DNA of 15,755 nt from a virus (Duplodnaviria > Heunggongvirae > Uroviricota > Caudoviricetes). Of the stretch, positions 1 through 8,576 are shown piece after piece. The position numbers and the translations under genes were made by a program. The notes under the pieces were generated by a model. It did not search any database and was not told where the DNA came from. It saw only the letters and a program-made list of their open reading frames with translations. Position 1 is the first letter of the stretch, and the number at the start of each line of letters is the position of its first letter. The stretch spans positions 1-15,755 of IMG/VR virus record IMGVR_UViG_2667527582_000008. One strand, written 5' to 3'.

Positions 1-1194
1 GTGGCACGGACAACACGCCCCCTGACCAACACCGAAGTTCTGCGCGCAAAAGCAATCGATAAGGATCTAACGCTGCATGATGGCGATGGACTTTTCCTGC
101 TAGTGAAAACCAGCGGCAAGAAACTATGGCGCTTTCGCTATCTACGTCCGGCAACAAAGCAGCGGACCATGATGGGGCTCGGAGCCTTCCCCTCCCTTTC
201 ACTTGCTGATGCTCGAAGTCTAAGAGCGGATTACCTTGCTTTACTAGCCAACAAAATCGACCCACAAATTCAAGCCGAAGCCGCAGAGGAAGAGCAGCAA
301 ATCGCTCTGGAAAGTATTTTTTCAACGGTCGCCGCTAACTGGTTCAAGCTAAAAAGCAAAAGCGTTACCCCTGACTACGCAAAAGACATTTGGCGCTCAC
401 TGGAGAAAGACGTATTTCCTGCAATCGGTGAAATCCCTGTTCAGCAAATCAAAGCACGAACATTGGTTGAAGCCCTTGAGCCAATAAAAGCTCGTGGAGC
501 GCTTGAGACGGTACGTCGACTGGTGCAGCGTATTAACGAGATAATGATTTATGCCGTAAACACTGGTCTGATTGATGCAAACCCAGCATCAGGTGTTGGA
601 ATGGCCTTTGAAAAGCCAAAAAAACAAAATATGCCGACGCTTCGGCCAGAAGAATTACCAAAGCTGATGCGTTCTCTAGTAATGTCAAATCTATCTGTTA
701 CGACTCGCTGTCTCATTGAATGGCAGCTTCTGACCCTTGTGCGTCCTTCTGAAGCATCTGGTACTCGGTGGGCAGAGATCGATCTCGAAGCAAAGCTCTG
801 GACCATTCCAGCCGAACGTATGAAGGCTAAGCGCGAGCACATAGTTCCACTATCTCTTCAGGCATTAGAGATTCTTGATGTTATGAAGCCTATCAGTGCG
901 CATCGTGAACATGTTTTTCCGAGTCGGAATGACCCAAAGCAACCAATGAATAGCCAGACGGCAAATGCTGCTTTAAAACGGATTGGATATGGGGGTAAAT
1001 TAGTTGCACATGGTTTACGCTCTATAGCGAGTACAGCAATGAATGAAGCTGGTTTAAATTCAGATGTGATTGAAGCAGCGCTTGCTCACATTGAGAAGAA
1101 TGAGGTTCGCAGAGCATACAATCGTTCCACTTACCTTGAAAAAAGAAAGGGCCTTATGAATTGGTGGGGCAATTTCATAGTGAATAGCAAGTAA
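1..1194 (+). CDS. int: P4-type tyrosine integrase; start at or just beyond the window edge
   Basis: 397-codon ORF from the window edge (GTG at 1) to TAA at 1192-1194. N-terminal LTNTEVLRAKA...DGDGLFLLV...GKKLWRFRY matches the arm-binding N-terminus of P4-family integrases; C-terminal HGLRSIAS and RAYNRSTY match the tyrosine-recombinase catalytic boxes. Confidence 0.9.
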   Translation: MARTTRPLTNTEVLRAKAIDKDLTLHDGDGLFLLVKTSGKKLWRFRYLRPATKQRTMMGLGAFPSLSLADARSLRADYLALLANKIDPQIQAEAAEEEQQIALESIFSTVAANWFKLKSKSVTPDYAKDIWRSLEKDVFPAIGEIPVQQIKARTLVEALEPIKARGALETVRRLVQRINEIMIYAVNTGLIDANPASGVGMAFEKPKKQNMPTLRPEELPKLMRSLVMSNLSVTTRCLIEWQLLTLVRPSEASGTRWAEIDLEAKLWTIPAERMKAKREHIVPLSLQALEILDVMKPISAHREHVFPSRNDPKQPMNSQTANAALKRIGYGGKLVAHGLRSIASTAMNEAGLNSDVIEAALAHIEKNEVRRAYNRSTYLEKRKGLMNWWGNFIVNSK

Positions 1195-1204
1195 GGATAT
1201 AAAA

Positions 1205-2320
1205 ATGAGCACGAGAGAATTCCCATGCAAAGCATCAAATATTTATGATAAAAATATTAACTTTCTATTTGGCTCAGGAGCTTCAGCATCGTATATACCA
1301 ACGCTGTGGCTTGCTGAAAACACCACTTATGAGACATTATTAACGCATAAAGATTGTATCGATGTTAAGGATTTTATCTTATGTTCTTATTTCAATAAAA
1401 TCATTAGAAAAACATTTTGCATTGAGCCAAGTGTAGAAAACAAAAAATACACCTCAACAATAAATAGCTATACAGATTTTCTAGATGAACTTGTTACTTT
1501 ATTAGAAAAAAAAGGCTCCAATCAAATAAGACGAGCCAATATTTTCACAACTAACTATGATCTTTTTTTTGAAACAGCAGCAGACAATGCATTAGCTAAG
1601 AAAACATTCCATTTCAATGATGGTGCTATAGGTTTTAAAAACAGAAGATTAAACATTAGTAATTTTCATATTACTACTTGGCATCAAGGAACTCATGATA
1701 TGTACAAACATGAGTTACCAACTATCAATTTAATTAAAATGCATGGTTCGGTCTCATGGAAAAGAGATGAGAATGAAACAATAAGCATCAACTACCCAAG
1801 TGTTTCACCTGAATTAATAAATTTAGAGACAGATAAAACCATAGATGATTTAGTAATTACCCTAAATACAACTAACGATGATCTAGCTGATTACTTGGAT
1901 TTAAATGCTAATGACCAAAATTCTCTTGAAGAATTCAAATCATACTATAACTCACTCGCGATAGTTAATCCGACCAAAGAAAAGTTTTCAGAAACAGTAT
2001 TTCAGCAACACTACTATCAGAGCTTAAGATTATTAAGCTATGAATTAGAGAAACCACAAACTGTATTAATTTGTTTTGGGTTTTCATTTCAAGACGAGCA
2101 CATTCTTGAAATAATAAAAAGATCTTTAAGTAATCCAACACTAAAAGTATTTGTTTTTTGCTACAACAATCAAAGCAAGCAAGATATAAATAATACAGTA
2201 AATGACCCCAGAATAACCTTCATTTATCCTAAAGAAGTTGATCATAAAATTTCTTTTGATACTTTTATTGATAGAATTTTCAAATCAGAAACAGGAGATT
2301 GGGTAACATGGACGAACTGA
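1205..2320 (+). CDS. SIR2-family (sirtuin-like NADase) protein, first gene of a SIR2-HerA type anti-phage pair
   Basis: ATG at 1205 with AAGGA 7 nt upstream, 10 nt after int stop. Motifs read from translation: FLFGSGASASYIPT (Gly-rich NAD-binding loop), IFTTNYD (defense-type SIR2 motif), KMHGS (candidate catalytic His). No CxxC...CxxC zinc ribbon. Gene is AT-rich. Confidence 0.8.
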   Translation: MSTREFPCKASNIYDKNINFLFGSGASASYIPTLWLAENTTYETLLTHKDCIDVKDFILCSYFNKIIRKTFCIEPSVENKKYTSTINSYTDFLDELVTLLEKKGSNQIRRANIFTTNYDLFFETAADNALAKKTFHFNDGAIGFKNRRLNISNFHITTWHQGTHDMYKHELPTINLIKMHGSVSWKRDENETISINYPSVSPELINLETDKTIDDLVITLNTTNDDLADYLDLNANDQNSLEEFKSYYNSLAIVNPTKEKFSETVFQQHYYQSLRLLSYELEKPQTVLICFGFSFQDEHILEIIKRSLSNPTLKVFVFCYNNQSKQDINNTVNDPRITFIYPKEVDHKISFDTFIDRIFKSETGDWVTWTN

Positions 2321-4077
2321 ATATAGGTAAAGTGACCCAAGTAAAAGGAACCACTGTCAAAGCAAAAATAAACCATGACTTGTTCCAATCAACATACTTC
2401 CACAATGGAAAAATATTGCGTGGTATATCAATAAATGAATTTGTATTAGTTCGTAAAGGTTATCAGGACATTGTAGGTAAGATCATAGGTGAGGAAATTG
2501 TTGAGAACTTTAACATTCGTACTGATGACATTGAGCAGAAAAAATATGAAAGATTCGTTGAACTAAATATTCTCGGGTATTTTTTTGAGGGTAAATTCTA
2601 CTCTGGAATAAAATATCTCCCAATGATAAATGATAGACTTTATTTAATTTCGGATGATAAAATATCTGAAATTTATAGTTTTAGCAAAAATACAAAAACT
2701 CCGCTCATTAACATTGGCAAATCCATGCTAGAGGAATTACCAATAAACATTCCCATAAACGGTGTTTTTAATTCTCATATAGGTATTTTTGGAAATACAG
2801 GAAGTGGAAAGTCAAATACTCTAGCAAAAATATATCAATCACTTTTCAATAGAATTGAAAACAAACAACAATTGATCGATAAGTCAAATTTCGTATTGAT
2901 TGATTTCAATGGTGAATATGGGACATTAGAGAATTCCTTTCCAGAACTATGTCACTCCACAAAACTTAGCACAAAAAAAGATGGTGATAAGATATATTTC
3001 GGTGAAAAAGAATTTTGGGATGATGAACTGTTGTCAGTTTTATTCTCTGCAACCGAGAAAACACAAAAACCATTTCTTACACATTTAATAAAGAGCAAGT
3101 TAAAATATGATGACGATCTTAACACATATTTAAAAAGAACAATTGAAATAATGTTTGGAACAAATCCTCACAAAGAGACCGTTAATTTATTAAAAAGTCT
3201 ACTGCCTTATTTCGATGAGAGCGATCAACAAAAGATACGAGATGAACTATCTCTCTTTACTTGGCATTCAAACCAAGAAAAATATACACATCCTTCGAGT
3301 TGGCTTGACACTACTGCTGAAGTTTTAAAACACACTCAAGCAACATACAATAGCCAATTCCATGTTACTAGTGTATTTGATGAAATTGCTATACGTGCAA
3401 CACTGCAATTAATAAATTCTGTATCCAGAAACTATGTTCAATATGATCACATATATCCTTTGATAAACAAAATAATAGCAATGAGCTCATCTCTAGCAAA
3501 GGTTATAGAAATAAACCGCGCTCAACAAAGCTATAAACCAATATCCATAATCTCTCTCAAAGAATGCAATCAAACCATAAAAAAAACGATTCCGATGATG
3601 ATTGCGAAATGTTCCTTCATAGATCACAAATCTTCGGACAACAAAAAAGAAAGCTTTCATTTAATAATAGATGAAGCTCACAACATTCTTTCCGAAAGCT
3701 CTGTGAGGGAGGCTGAGACTTGGAAAGATTATCGACTTGAATTATTTGAGGAGATAATAAAGGAAGGTAGGAAGTTTGGTTATTTTGTAACTATTTCAAG
3801 CCAGCGACCATTTGATATATCGCCAACAATCGTATCACAACTTCATAATTATTTCATACATCGCTTGGTAAATGAAAACGACCTTTACCTTCTTAAAAAC
3901 ACCTTAAGTACATTAGATGCAGCATCCAGAACACTTATACCTACCCTTCCTCCAGGCGCATGCATAATTTCGGGAACAGCATTTCATACTCCGCTTCTTG
4001 TGCAGATCGATAGACTTTCTGAAGAAAGTGCACCGCAAAGTGACACGCTCGATCTTGAGAGTCTGTGGCGTCTTTAA
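2308..4077 (+). CDS. HerA-like P-loop ATPase, partner of the upstream SIR2 gene
   Basis: Walker A GIFGNTGSGKSNT at nt 2791-2814; Walker B / DEAH-like HLIIDEAHN at nt 3661-3684. ATG at 2308 with AGGAG 10 nt upstream is preferred over the track's TTG at 2299. Overlaps the SIR2 stop by 13 nt, implying translational coupling. About 589 aa, AT-rich. Confidence 0.8.
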   Translation: MDELNIGKVTQVKGTTVKAKINHDLFQSTYFHNGKILRGISINEFVLVRKGYQDIVGKIIGEEIVENFNIRTDDIEQKKYERFVELNILGYFFEGKFYSGIKYLPMINDRLYLISDDKISEIYSFSKNTKTPLINIGKSMLEELPINIPINGVFNSHIGIFGNTGSGKSNTLAKIYQSLFNRIENKQQLIDKSNFVLIDFNGEYGTLENSFPELCHSTKLSTKKDGDKIYFGEKEFWDDELLSVLFSATEKTQKPFLTHLIKSKLKYDDDLNTYLKRTIEIMFGTNPHKETVNLLKSLLPYFDESDQQKIRDELSLFTWHSNQEKYTHPSSWLDTTAEVLKHTQATYNSQFHVTSVFDEIAIRATLQLINSVSRNYVQYDHIYPLINKIIAMSSSLAKVIEINRAQQSYKPISIISLKECNQTIKKTIPMMIAKCSFIDHKSSDNKKESFHLIIDEAHNILSESSVREAETWKDYRLELFEEIIKEGRKFGYFVTISSQRPFDISPTIVSQLHNYFIHRLVNENDLYLLKNTLSTLDAASRTLIPTLPPGACIISGTAFHTPLLVQIDRLSEESAPQSDTLDLESLWRL

Positions 4078-4432
4078 TTCAATTGCCGCCTAATCCTCAT
4101 CTTCATCATGAAGACGCATTTGATGGAGTTGCAAAGATGGAAATAGGCCACGCCCTAAAGGCGTTGGCCTAAATTGGCGTAACATTTAAACACATGCAAA
4201 ACCATGCATCCTATAGAGGTTTATGCCTTGATAAACAGCCTCTCAAAGATTCAACCTCACCTTTTTATTACTCCATATACGGCTGTTCTCAATTTTAGAC
4301 TTTAACCTCATACGCTGGGTTGTTTAACCCTAGCTCACTGACTTCCTTTTGCTTCCTTACAGCGTACAAAATAGCAAGCCCCCCCTTATTTACCCTACCG
4401 CATTATCGATGAGTTGTATGCTCGGCATCCTT

Positions 4433-5467
4433 TTACCTCGAAGCGCGCGCTCGTAGCCCCGCCACGCCTGCCCGCTTTAGGGAGTGGTTTTCATGCAGTT
4501 GCATGATAGGCTCTAAACCGCGCCTTATCTGGTCTGGGAAGTAAAAATGCAAGTGCATAAAGTCATGCGATTTCATGCAGTATAGACATGCACTCAGGCT
4601 ATAGACATCAAAAAACCCGGCACTGGCCGGGCTTAAGTGAGCTTTTCTGTTCAGGTCAAAACAGCTTACTTTTTTTCTGTCGTCATGCGATCCTGATACT
4701 GGAGCTGAACCGGTCAGGCTCATCACGTCGTCCCGGAATCTTAACGGTAATATTTCATTCGTCCACTTCAGCATTAGATTCAGGATAAATTCACGATACA
4801 GCGTATCTGCATCATTTGTGCCTTCAATAATGCCCGGTATATGTGCTGAGCTATATCGCTCAAATTGTCTGTACTTCATCCTGAGCAGGCCGCTCAATTC
4901 GGCACCGTGGAAAATAAAAAAGTCTCGTAAAAGCTCATCGATACGCTCCTCAGTGATGCCATGATGGCAGTTTATATAAACGTTTGCCTTACGCGTGGTC
5001 GCTTGAGCCAGTACCGGCAGCTGATCTTCTTTTTCAGTAATCAGCCCGGCGAGTTCTGTGGCTGTTTCCTGTTGTTCCAGATACTCAGCCCGGAGAGCTT
5101 TCATCTCCGGCGTTACGATGCCGCCGCTCTGGTTAAGCAGTTCCCTGAACTGCGCCCGATTGTCTTTGCTGGCCTGCTCAGTTTCGGTCTGATGCTGGCG
5201 CAGAGCCCTGAGGTTCTCAATGGCTGCTTCTTCGGCCTGTCTGGCCTCCACCCAGGCCTGCATTTTTTGGTAAAGGTCGATAATTCGGGACTGCCAGTCG
5301 GAGGAAAGGCTTTTTGTCAGTTTTTCCGTCTCGCGGGCGATTTCATTTGCAGGCAAATTCATGAGCCAATCCGCATCCTGAAGCGGTTTTTTTGCCCTCG
5401 CGAGGAGTGTTACTACGTGTCCGGTTGCGGCCTGAATCTGGTTTTCCGTCAATTGTTGTTCTGTCAT
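4433..5467 (-). CDS. Satellite late-operon protein, Sid-like paralog (hypothetical); 3' end uncertain
   Basis: ATG at 5467-5465 with GGAGG 9 nt upstream, 19 nt after the delta-like stop. N-terminal half is coiled-coil-like and shares motifs with ORF 6312-7064 (FRE..Q..MTP.MK.LRAE; S..IG.V..TNDP...L..FI). The frame runs without a stop through the terminator hairpin and the cos-like GC spot, so the last ~70 codons may not be real. Confidence 0.55.
   Translation of the reverse strand: MTEQQLTENQIQAATGHVVTLLARAKKPLQDADWLMNLPANEIARETEKLTKSLSSDWQSRIIDLYQKMQAWVEARQAEEAAIENLRALRQHQTETEQASKDNRAQFRELLNQSGGIVTPEMKALRAEYLEQQETATELAGLITEKEDQLPVLAQATTRKANVYINCHHGITEERIDELLRDFFIFHGAELSGLLRMKYRQFERYSSAHIPGIIEGTNDADTLYREFILNLMLKWTNEILPLRFRDDVMSLTGSAPVSGSHDDRKKVSCFDLNRKAHLSPASAGFFDVYSLSACLYCMKSHDFMHLHFYFPDQIRRGLEPIMQLHENHSLKRAGVAGLRARASR
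4610..4631 (-). terminator. Intrinsic terminator-like hairpin on the minus strand, inside the 3' part of ORF 4433-5467
   Basis: Minus strand reads CCCGGC-CAGT-GCCGGG followed by TTTTTT: a perfect 6-bp GC-rich stem, 4-nt loop and U-tract. Confidence 0.5.
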
Positions 5468-5486
5468 ATTTTTGTTCCTCCCCAAT

Positions 5487-5759
5487 TTATTGTGCATGAC
5501 GGTCTTTAAGGGTACAGGCTGAACCGTAGCGGCCCAGTGTATGCGGCTGACGTACAAGAGAATCGCTCTGTGATTCAGGTTCAGGCGCCACTGGTTTATG
5601 GGGCTTCATAATTATCGTGTCCACACTTTCCAGGGCAGTAAATGTGCAGGAGCATTCAAGATTCTGGCACTGATACCATGAGCGTTTAACCGATGGAGCT
5701 TCATAGGCGCTGGTTCTGGCGTGTGCGACCGTGCCACATTCAGGACATTTCAGGGCCAT
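5487..5759 (-). CDS. Ogr/Delta-family zinc-finger late transcriptional activator
   Basis: 90-aa protein MALKCPECGTVAHARTSAYEAPSVKRSWYQCQNLECSCTF with the CxxC...CxNxxC zinc finger and HARTS/YxQCxN signature of P2 Ogr / P4 Delta. AGGAGG 8 nt upstream of ATG at 5759; starts 2 nt after the psu-like stop. Confidence 0.85.
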   Translation of the reverse strand: MALKCPECGTVAHARTSAYEAPSVKRSWYQCQNLECSCTFTALESVDTIIMKPHKPVAPEPESQSDSLVRQPHTLGRYGSACTLKDRHAQ

Positions 5760-5760
5760 A

Positions 5761-6315
5761 TCAGTCCCCTCCTTTTTCATTAAGCCTGTTGAGGCGGGCC
5801 AGAAAAACTTTATGTTTTGCCGGGGTGAAAATGGCTGAAGCATCAGCTCGCATTGATGCATCCACCGTTAATCCGGTTTCGTCGATAACGCTCTTATATG
5901 CTGCTGAAATTACAGGAGTACGGATTTCGGTTTGTCGGACTACAGCGGTGCGTAATATTTTCATTGCCGCCTCAAGCCCGTATGGTGCGCAAAGAAAAGG
6001 AGCCAGAGCGTCAGTGAGTGCATTACCATGCTCGCTCATGAAGTTTTCAGTTGCGCCTGTAACACAGCTTTCCAGCACAATCTGGTGAGCATAAAGACCG
6101 TCCCTGGCGGCGCAGTTAATCTGCCATTCGAGGAGAGCAATACGCTCACGAAGATTCTCAAGCTGGCTGGCATATGCTGCCGGTTTTTCTTCAGTATCCA
6201 GCAGAGCCGCCAGACGAAGTTGGCTGGTACTTTGCACATTACGTAGTGTCAGCCAGCTTTTTATCGCCGCGCGATAGTTGTTGAGAGCTTCCTTAGTAAT
6301 GTTTCCAGGATTCAT
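5761..6315 (-). CDS. psu: Psu-like protein (polarity suppression / capsid decoration family)
   Basis: 184-aa protein; segments HGNALTDALAPFL and FTPAKHKVF resemble P4 Psu as recalled from memory (not searched). Start ATG overlaps the upstream gene stop (ATGA). Confidence 0.7.
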   Translation of the reverse strand: MNPGNITKEALNNYRAAIKSWLTLRNVQSTSQLRLAALLDTEEKPAAYASQLENLRERIALLEWQINCAARDGLYAHQIVLESCVTGATENFMSEHGNALTDALAPFLCAPYGLEAAMKILRTAVVRQTEIRTPVISAAYKSVIDETGLTVDASMRADASAIFTPAKHKVFLARLNRLNEKGGD

Positions 6316-7064
6316 CCTTTCTCTTCCCCTTTAACCATGTCACGCTGTTTAAGCATCCGGGAACGCGCTGCAGGGCTGGGTGATTGCCTGGCATCCTGTA
6401 GGGCTTTATCGTCCGCATAAATGCTAATCCCCGGCAGGGCAATAACATCCGTTGAAGATACGTTACAGGACAGTGCCGGAGCGGTGAGTTGCTCGCTGAT
6501 AAATTGCTTCAGCACACTTTCGGGGTCGTTTACGGTATGAACTACGCCGATAACGGAAGAAGCGCTTCGCCCCAGAGTCATTTTCAGCAATCCAAGGATC
6601 TGAATAAGTTTCTGGCCGTGTTCCTTCATAAACTCATTCCAGAGCCACTCTGCATGAGTTTCAATCAGCCGGTTATGTTCGCTGATGTAGCGGTTTGCAG
6701 CATCCGCAGTTTTCCAGGGCAGGAATTCTTTTTCTGCGGCGTGAGCTTCAAGCAAATCTTCGAACTCATCAAGTGTTTCGCGTCCCAGGGCGATTTCTGC
6801 ACGCAGTTTTTTCATTCGTGGCGTCATATTCCCCTGATTCTCACGAAACAGGTTTCGCCATTCATCATTAAGCGCCTGCGTCTCCGTTTTTGTATCTTCC
6901 TGACGTTTACGGATAGTTTCAGTCATTGCAGCGGCTTCAGTTTGTATTCGCCGTTCTTCCTGCCAGACAGCTTTTGCTGCTTTAACTTTTTCTACCGCTT
7001 CGCGAATTTTCGGTGGGAGGGAGGGTGTAATGTTTGCATCAGGGATCTGGTTAACAGTTGTCAT
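6312..7064 (-). CDS. Satellite late-operon protein, Sid-like (candidate capsid-size determination scaffold); paralog of ORF 4433-5467
   Basis: ATG at 7064-7062 with GGAG 5 nt upstream is preferred over the track's TTG at 7097. Coiled-coil-like N-terminus; stop overlaps the psu-like start. Assignment as Sid is by position, size (~250 aa) and composition, not by a search. Confidence 0.55.
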   Translation of the reverse strand: MTTVNQIPDANITPSLPPKIREAVEKVKAAKAVWQEERRIQTEAAAMTETIRKRQEDTKTETQALNDEWRNLFRENQGNMTPRMKKLRAEIALGRETLDEFEDLLEAHAAEKEFLPWKTADAANRYISEHNRLIETHAEWLWNEFMKEHGQKLIQILGLLKMTLGRSASSVIGVVHTVNDPESVLKQFISEQLTAPALSCNVSSTDVIALPGISIYADDKALQDARQSPSPAARSRMLKQRDMVKGEEKG

Positions 7065-7165
7065 GGCTGCTCCGGTAGTGTTTTGTTGTTGTGTCAATTG
7101 TGCCGGTGCCCATACAAGCGCACTACCGATGAGGATTGTGCCAGTGACTGAACAATGACCTTGTT

Positions 7166-7177
7166 CTGGCTAGCCAG
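7166..7177. promoter_or_regulatory. Perfect 12-bp palindrome CTGGCTAGCCAG upstream of the late operon; candidate operator or activator site
   Basis: Sequence reads the same on both strands; lies about 100 bp upstream of the Sid-like start (7064) in ORF-free DNA. Confidence 0.3.
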
Positions 7178-7219
7178 AGAAAGGTGTCATGTCTGAGCTT
7201 CACCCTTCCTTTAATACAT

Positions 7220-7435
7220 ACTATTCACTACTGTTCACTTTCATAAAAGAATAGTAAATACATGTGGTTAAGGAGTGCAGGGTTTAAATAAAAGTGGTCA
7301 TCTACTGTTCATGACTGTTCACAGAGATAAATTTAACTTATATTTGTTTTTCATATAAATCGCGATATTTATTTCAGTTTATTACTGGATTTTTATTCCT
7401 CACCACTATTCACACGTATTCAACACTATTCAATA
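7220..7435. repeat. Cluster of iteron-like ACT(A/G)TTCA(C) repeats; candidate replication origin / primase-binding repeats or regulator sites
   Basis: Copies at about 7220-7228, 7229-7238, 7303-7311, 7314-7323, 7404-7413, 7416-7424 and 7425-7434, plus an inverted copy near 7148-7153, all in ORF-free AT-rich DNA. They resemble the TGTTCACC-type repeats of the P4 ori/crr regions as recalled. Confidence 0.4.
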
Positions 7436-7967
7436 TACAGTATAAAACGTGTCTTATGTCTGTTTAAAAATTCAACACTTAACCTCCCTACACTCGGTTG
7501 CATTTCAGGAAAATATCCATAAAAATGAATCTGTCTGATGCTCATTAAACACATCCGGATAAATTCGGAAGGATGCGGGTAATTTAATTTTTTTAGCCAT
7601 TAACTTAATTAATACATATGATGAACTGTTTTTTATGAACGTTTTTTGGCCCTTTTATTATTCCGGCGCTGTTTTCATCCTTATGATGTAACGCCCGGAA
7701 TGATATGGTCTGGTACAGACTTGAGCGGCGATCCTGCCTGGTGTAATAGACTTTTTTATTCTTGAAGCTCCTTATTATATTCCATGAAGGAATGATTTGT
7801 TTTTGTCCGTTTTATCCGGTTTTTAGCTGTTTTATTTTTTGAGAAGTCAATATTTCTCTCTAATTAAATAAAGCATGCGCGAGCCGCTTATATGAACATA
7901 ATAAGGAACTACCTGAATCCGGATGGAATTGTCCGGACTACTGAAAACATATTAGAGAGGTAGCGAA

Positions 7968-8092
7968 ATGCATACTATTTCCGTTTCCACCCCAGCACCA
8001 GCTGCTCCGGTGCTCCCGATTCCGACTGAGCAGGAGCGCTTCATACGATTACCTGAAGTGATGCACCTTTGCGGGCTATCCCGTTCAACCAT
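7968..8092 (+). CDS. AlpA-family phage transcriptional regulator, 5' portion only (cut by gap)
   Basis: ATG at 7968 preceded by GAGAGG; translation MHTISVSTPAPAAPVLPIPTEQERFIRLPEVMHLCGLSRSTI carries the RLPEV...GLSRSTI helix-turn-helix signature of AlpA-type regulators; runs into the N gap at 8093. Confidence 0.55.
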
Positions 8093-8102
8093 NNNNNNNN
8101 NN
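8093..8102. other. Assembly gap (10 N)
   Basis: Run of n; interrupts the AlpA-like CDS. Confidence 0.95.
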
Positions 8103-8106
8103 TAAA

Positions 8107-8140
8107 GGCTATCTTTTTCTATCGTTTGACTGTCTGGAGT
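8107..8140. repeat. 34-bp repeat, copy 1 (33/34 identical to 9449-9482)
   Basis: GGCTATCTTTTTCTATCGTTTGACTGTCTGGAGT; here it lies downstream of immunity gene 1 at a contig edge. Confidence 0.8.
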
Positions 8141-8192
8141 CCTCCACCTACTCTGCCATCAGCGCACACGATGTTTGATTATCCTTACATAC

Positions 8193-8576
8193 TTATTTTC
8201 CGTGGCCAAAATTCAGAATTCTCCCATCATTTTTGCCTATTTCTATAATAAAAACCCCACCAGCAATTTGGTCTGAGTGAATGGTACCTTCAACAACCCA
8301 ACTTGTTGTTAACTCAGTGATTTCGTATGGTTTTTCTTCTTCTGCGGCATCCTGTCCATAACGATTCTTAACATATATCTCAGCTAATTCCAATGCTATA
8401 GCTTTATTTTTAACCAAATTTCTAACGGTATATTTACCTTCACTTTCATACTTGCGCATTATTTTAATATTATTATTACACTGCGCCCATGTGTTGTATG
8501 TAAAAACAAACAAAGATACAATGACACAGTTCCTAAACAATATTTTTTTACATATTACCATGAACTCTGCAGACAT
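8193..8576 (-). CDS. Putative Rhs immunity protein for the toxin at 8548-9176
   Basis: 127-aa ORF directly after and overlapping the toxin gene; ATG at 8576 with AAAGGA 7 nt upstream; AT-rich. N-terminus is hydrophobic ([16 protein letters not shown]), which suggests a signal peptide or membrane anchor. Confidence 0.5.
   Translation of the reverse strand: MSAEFMVICKKILFRNCVIVSLFVFTYNTWAQCNNNIKIMRKYESEGKYTVRNLVKNKAIALELAEIYVKNRYGQDAAEEEKPYEITELTTSWVVEGTIHSDQIAGGVFIIEIGKNDGRILNFGHGK

Larger units (their letters stand above)
1..8092. mobile_element. P4-like phage satellite (integrase, defense cargo, cos-like region, sid/psu/delta-type late operon, ori-like repeats, alpA start); right end cut by assembly gap
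   Basis: Gene content and order read from the sequence: P4-type integrase, Psu-like and Ogr/Delta-like proteins, AlpA-like HTH start. Cargo genes between int and the late operon are visibly AT-rich compared with flanking genes (not computed). Confidence 0.7.

Noticed and set aside
549-842. 97-codon minus-strand ORF inside the integrase gene
   Set aside because: Embedded antisense in a clearly homologous integrase CDS.
2299-2307. TTG start at 2299 for the HerA-like gene, as given in the ORF track
   Set aside because: It would leave only about 1 nt between the AGGAG and the start codon; the ATG at 2308 has proper spacing.
1205-4077. Thoeris (ThsA/ThsB) as the identity of the SIR2 cassette
   Set aside because: No TIR-domain partner and no extra C-terminal domain on the SIR2 protein; the partner carries Walker A/B ATPase motifs, which fits SIR2-HerA instead.
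4145-4170. Imperfect inverted repeat AGGCCACGCC...GGCGTTGGCCT downstream of the HerA-like gene as a plus-strand terminator
   Set aside because: Stem is imperfect and there is no following T-tract.
4588-5509. Plus-strand ORFs 4588-4788 and 4961-5509 antisense to ORF 4433-5467
   Set aside because: Antisense overlap with the better-supported minus-strand gene; no RBS and no recognisable motifs.
6489-7151. 220-codon plus-strand ORF antisense to the Sid-like gene
   Set aside because: Fully overlaps a minus-strand gene that has an RBS and translational coupling to psu; the translation is Cys/Phe-rich and low-complexity.
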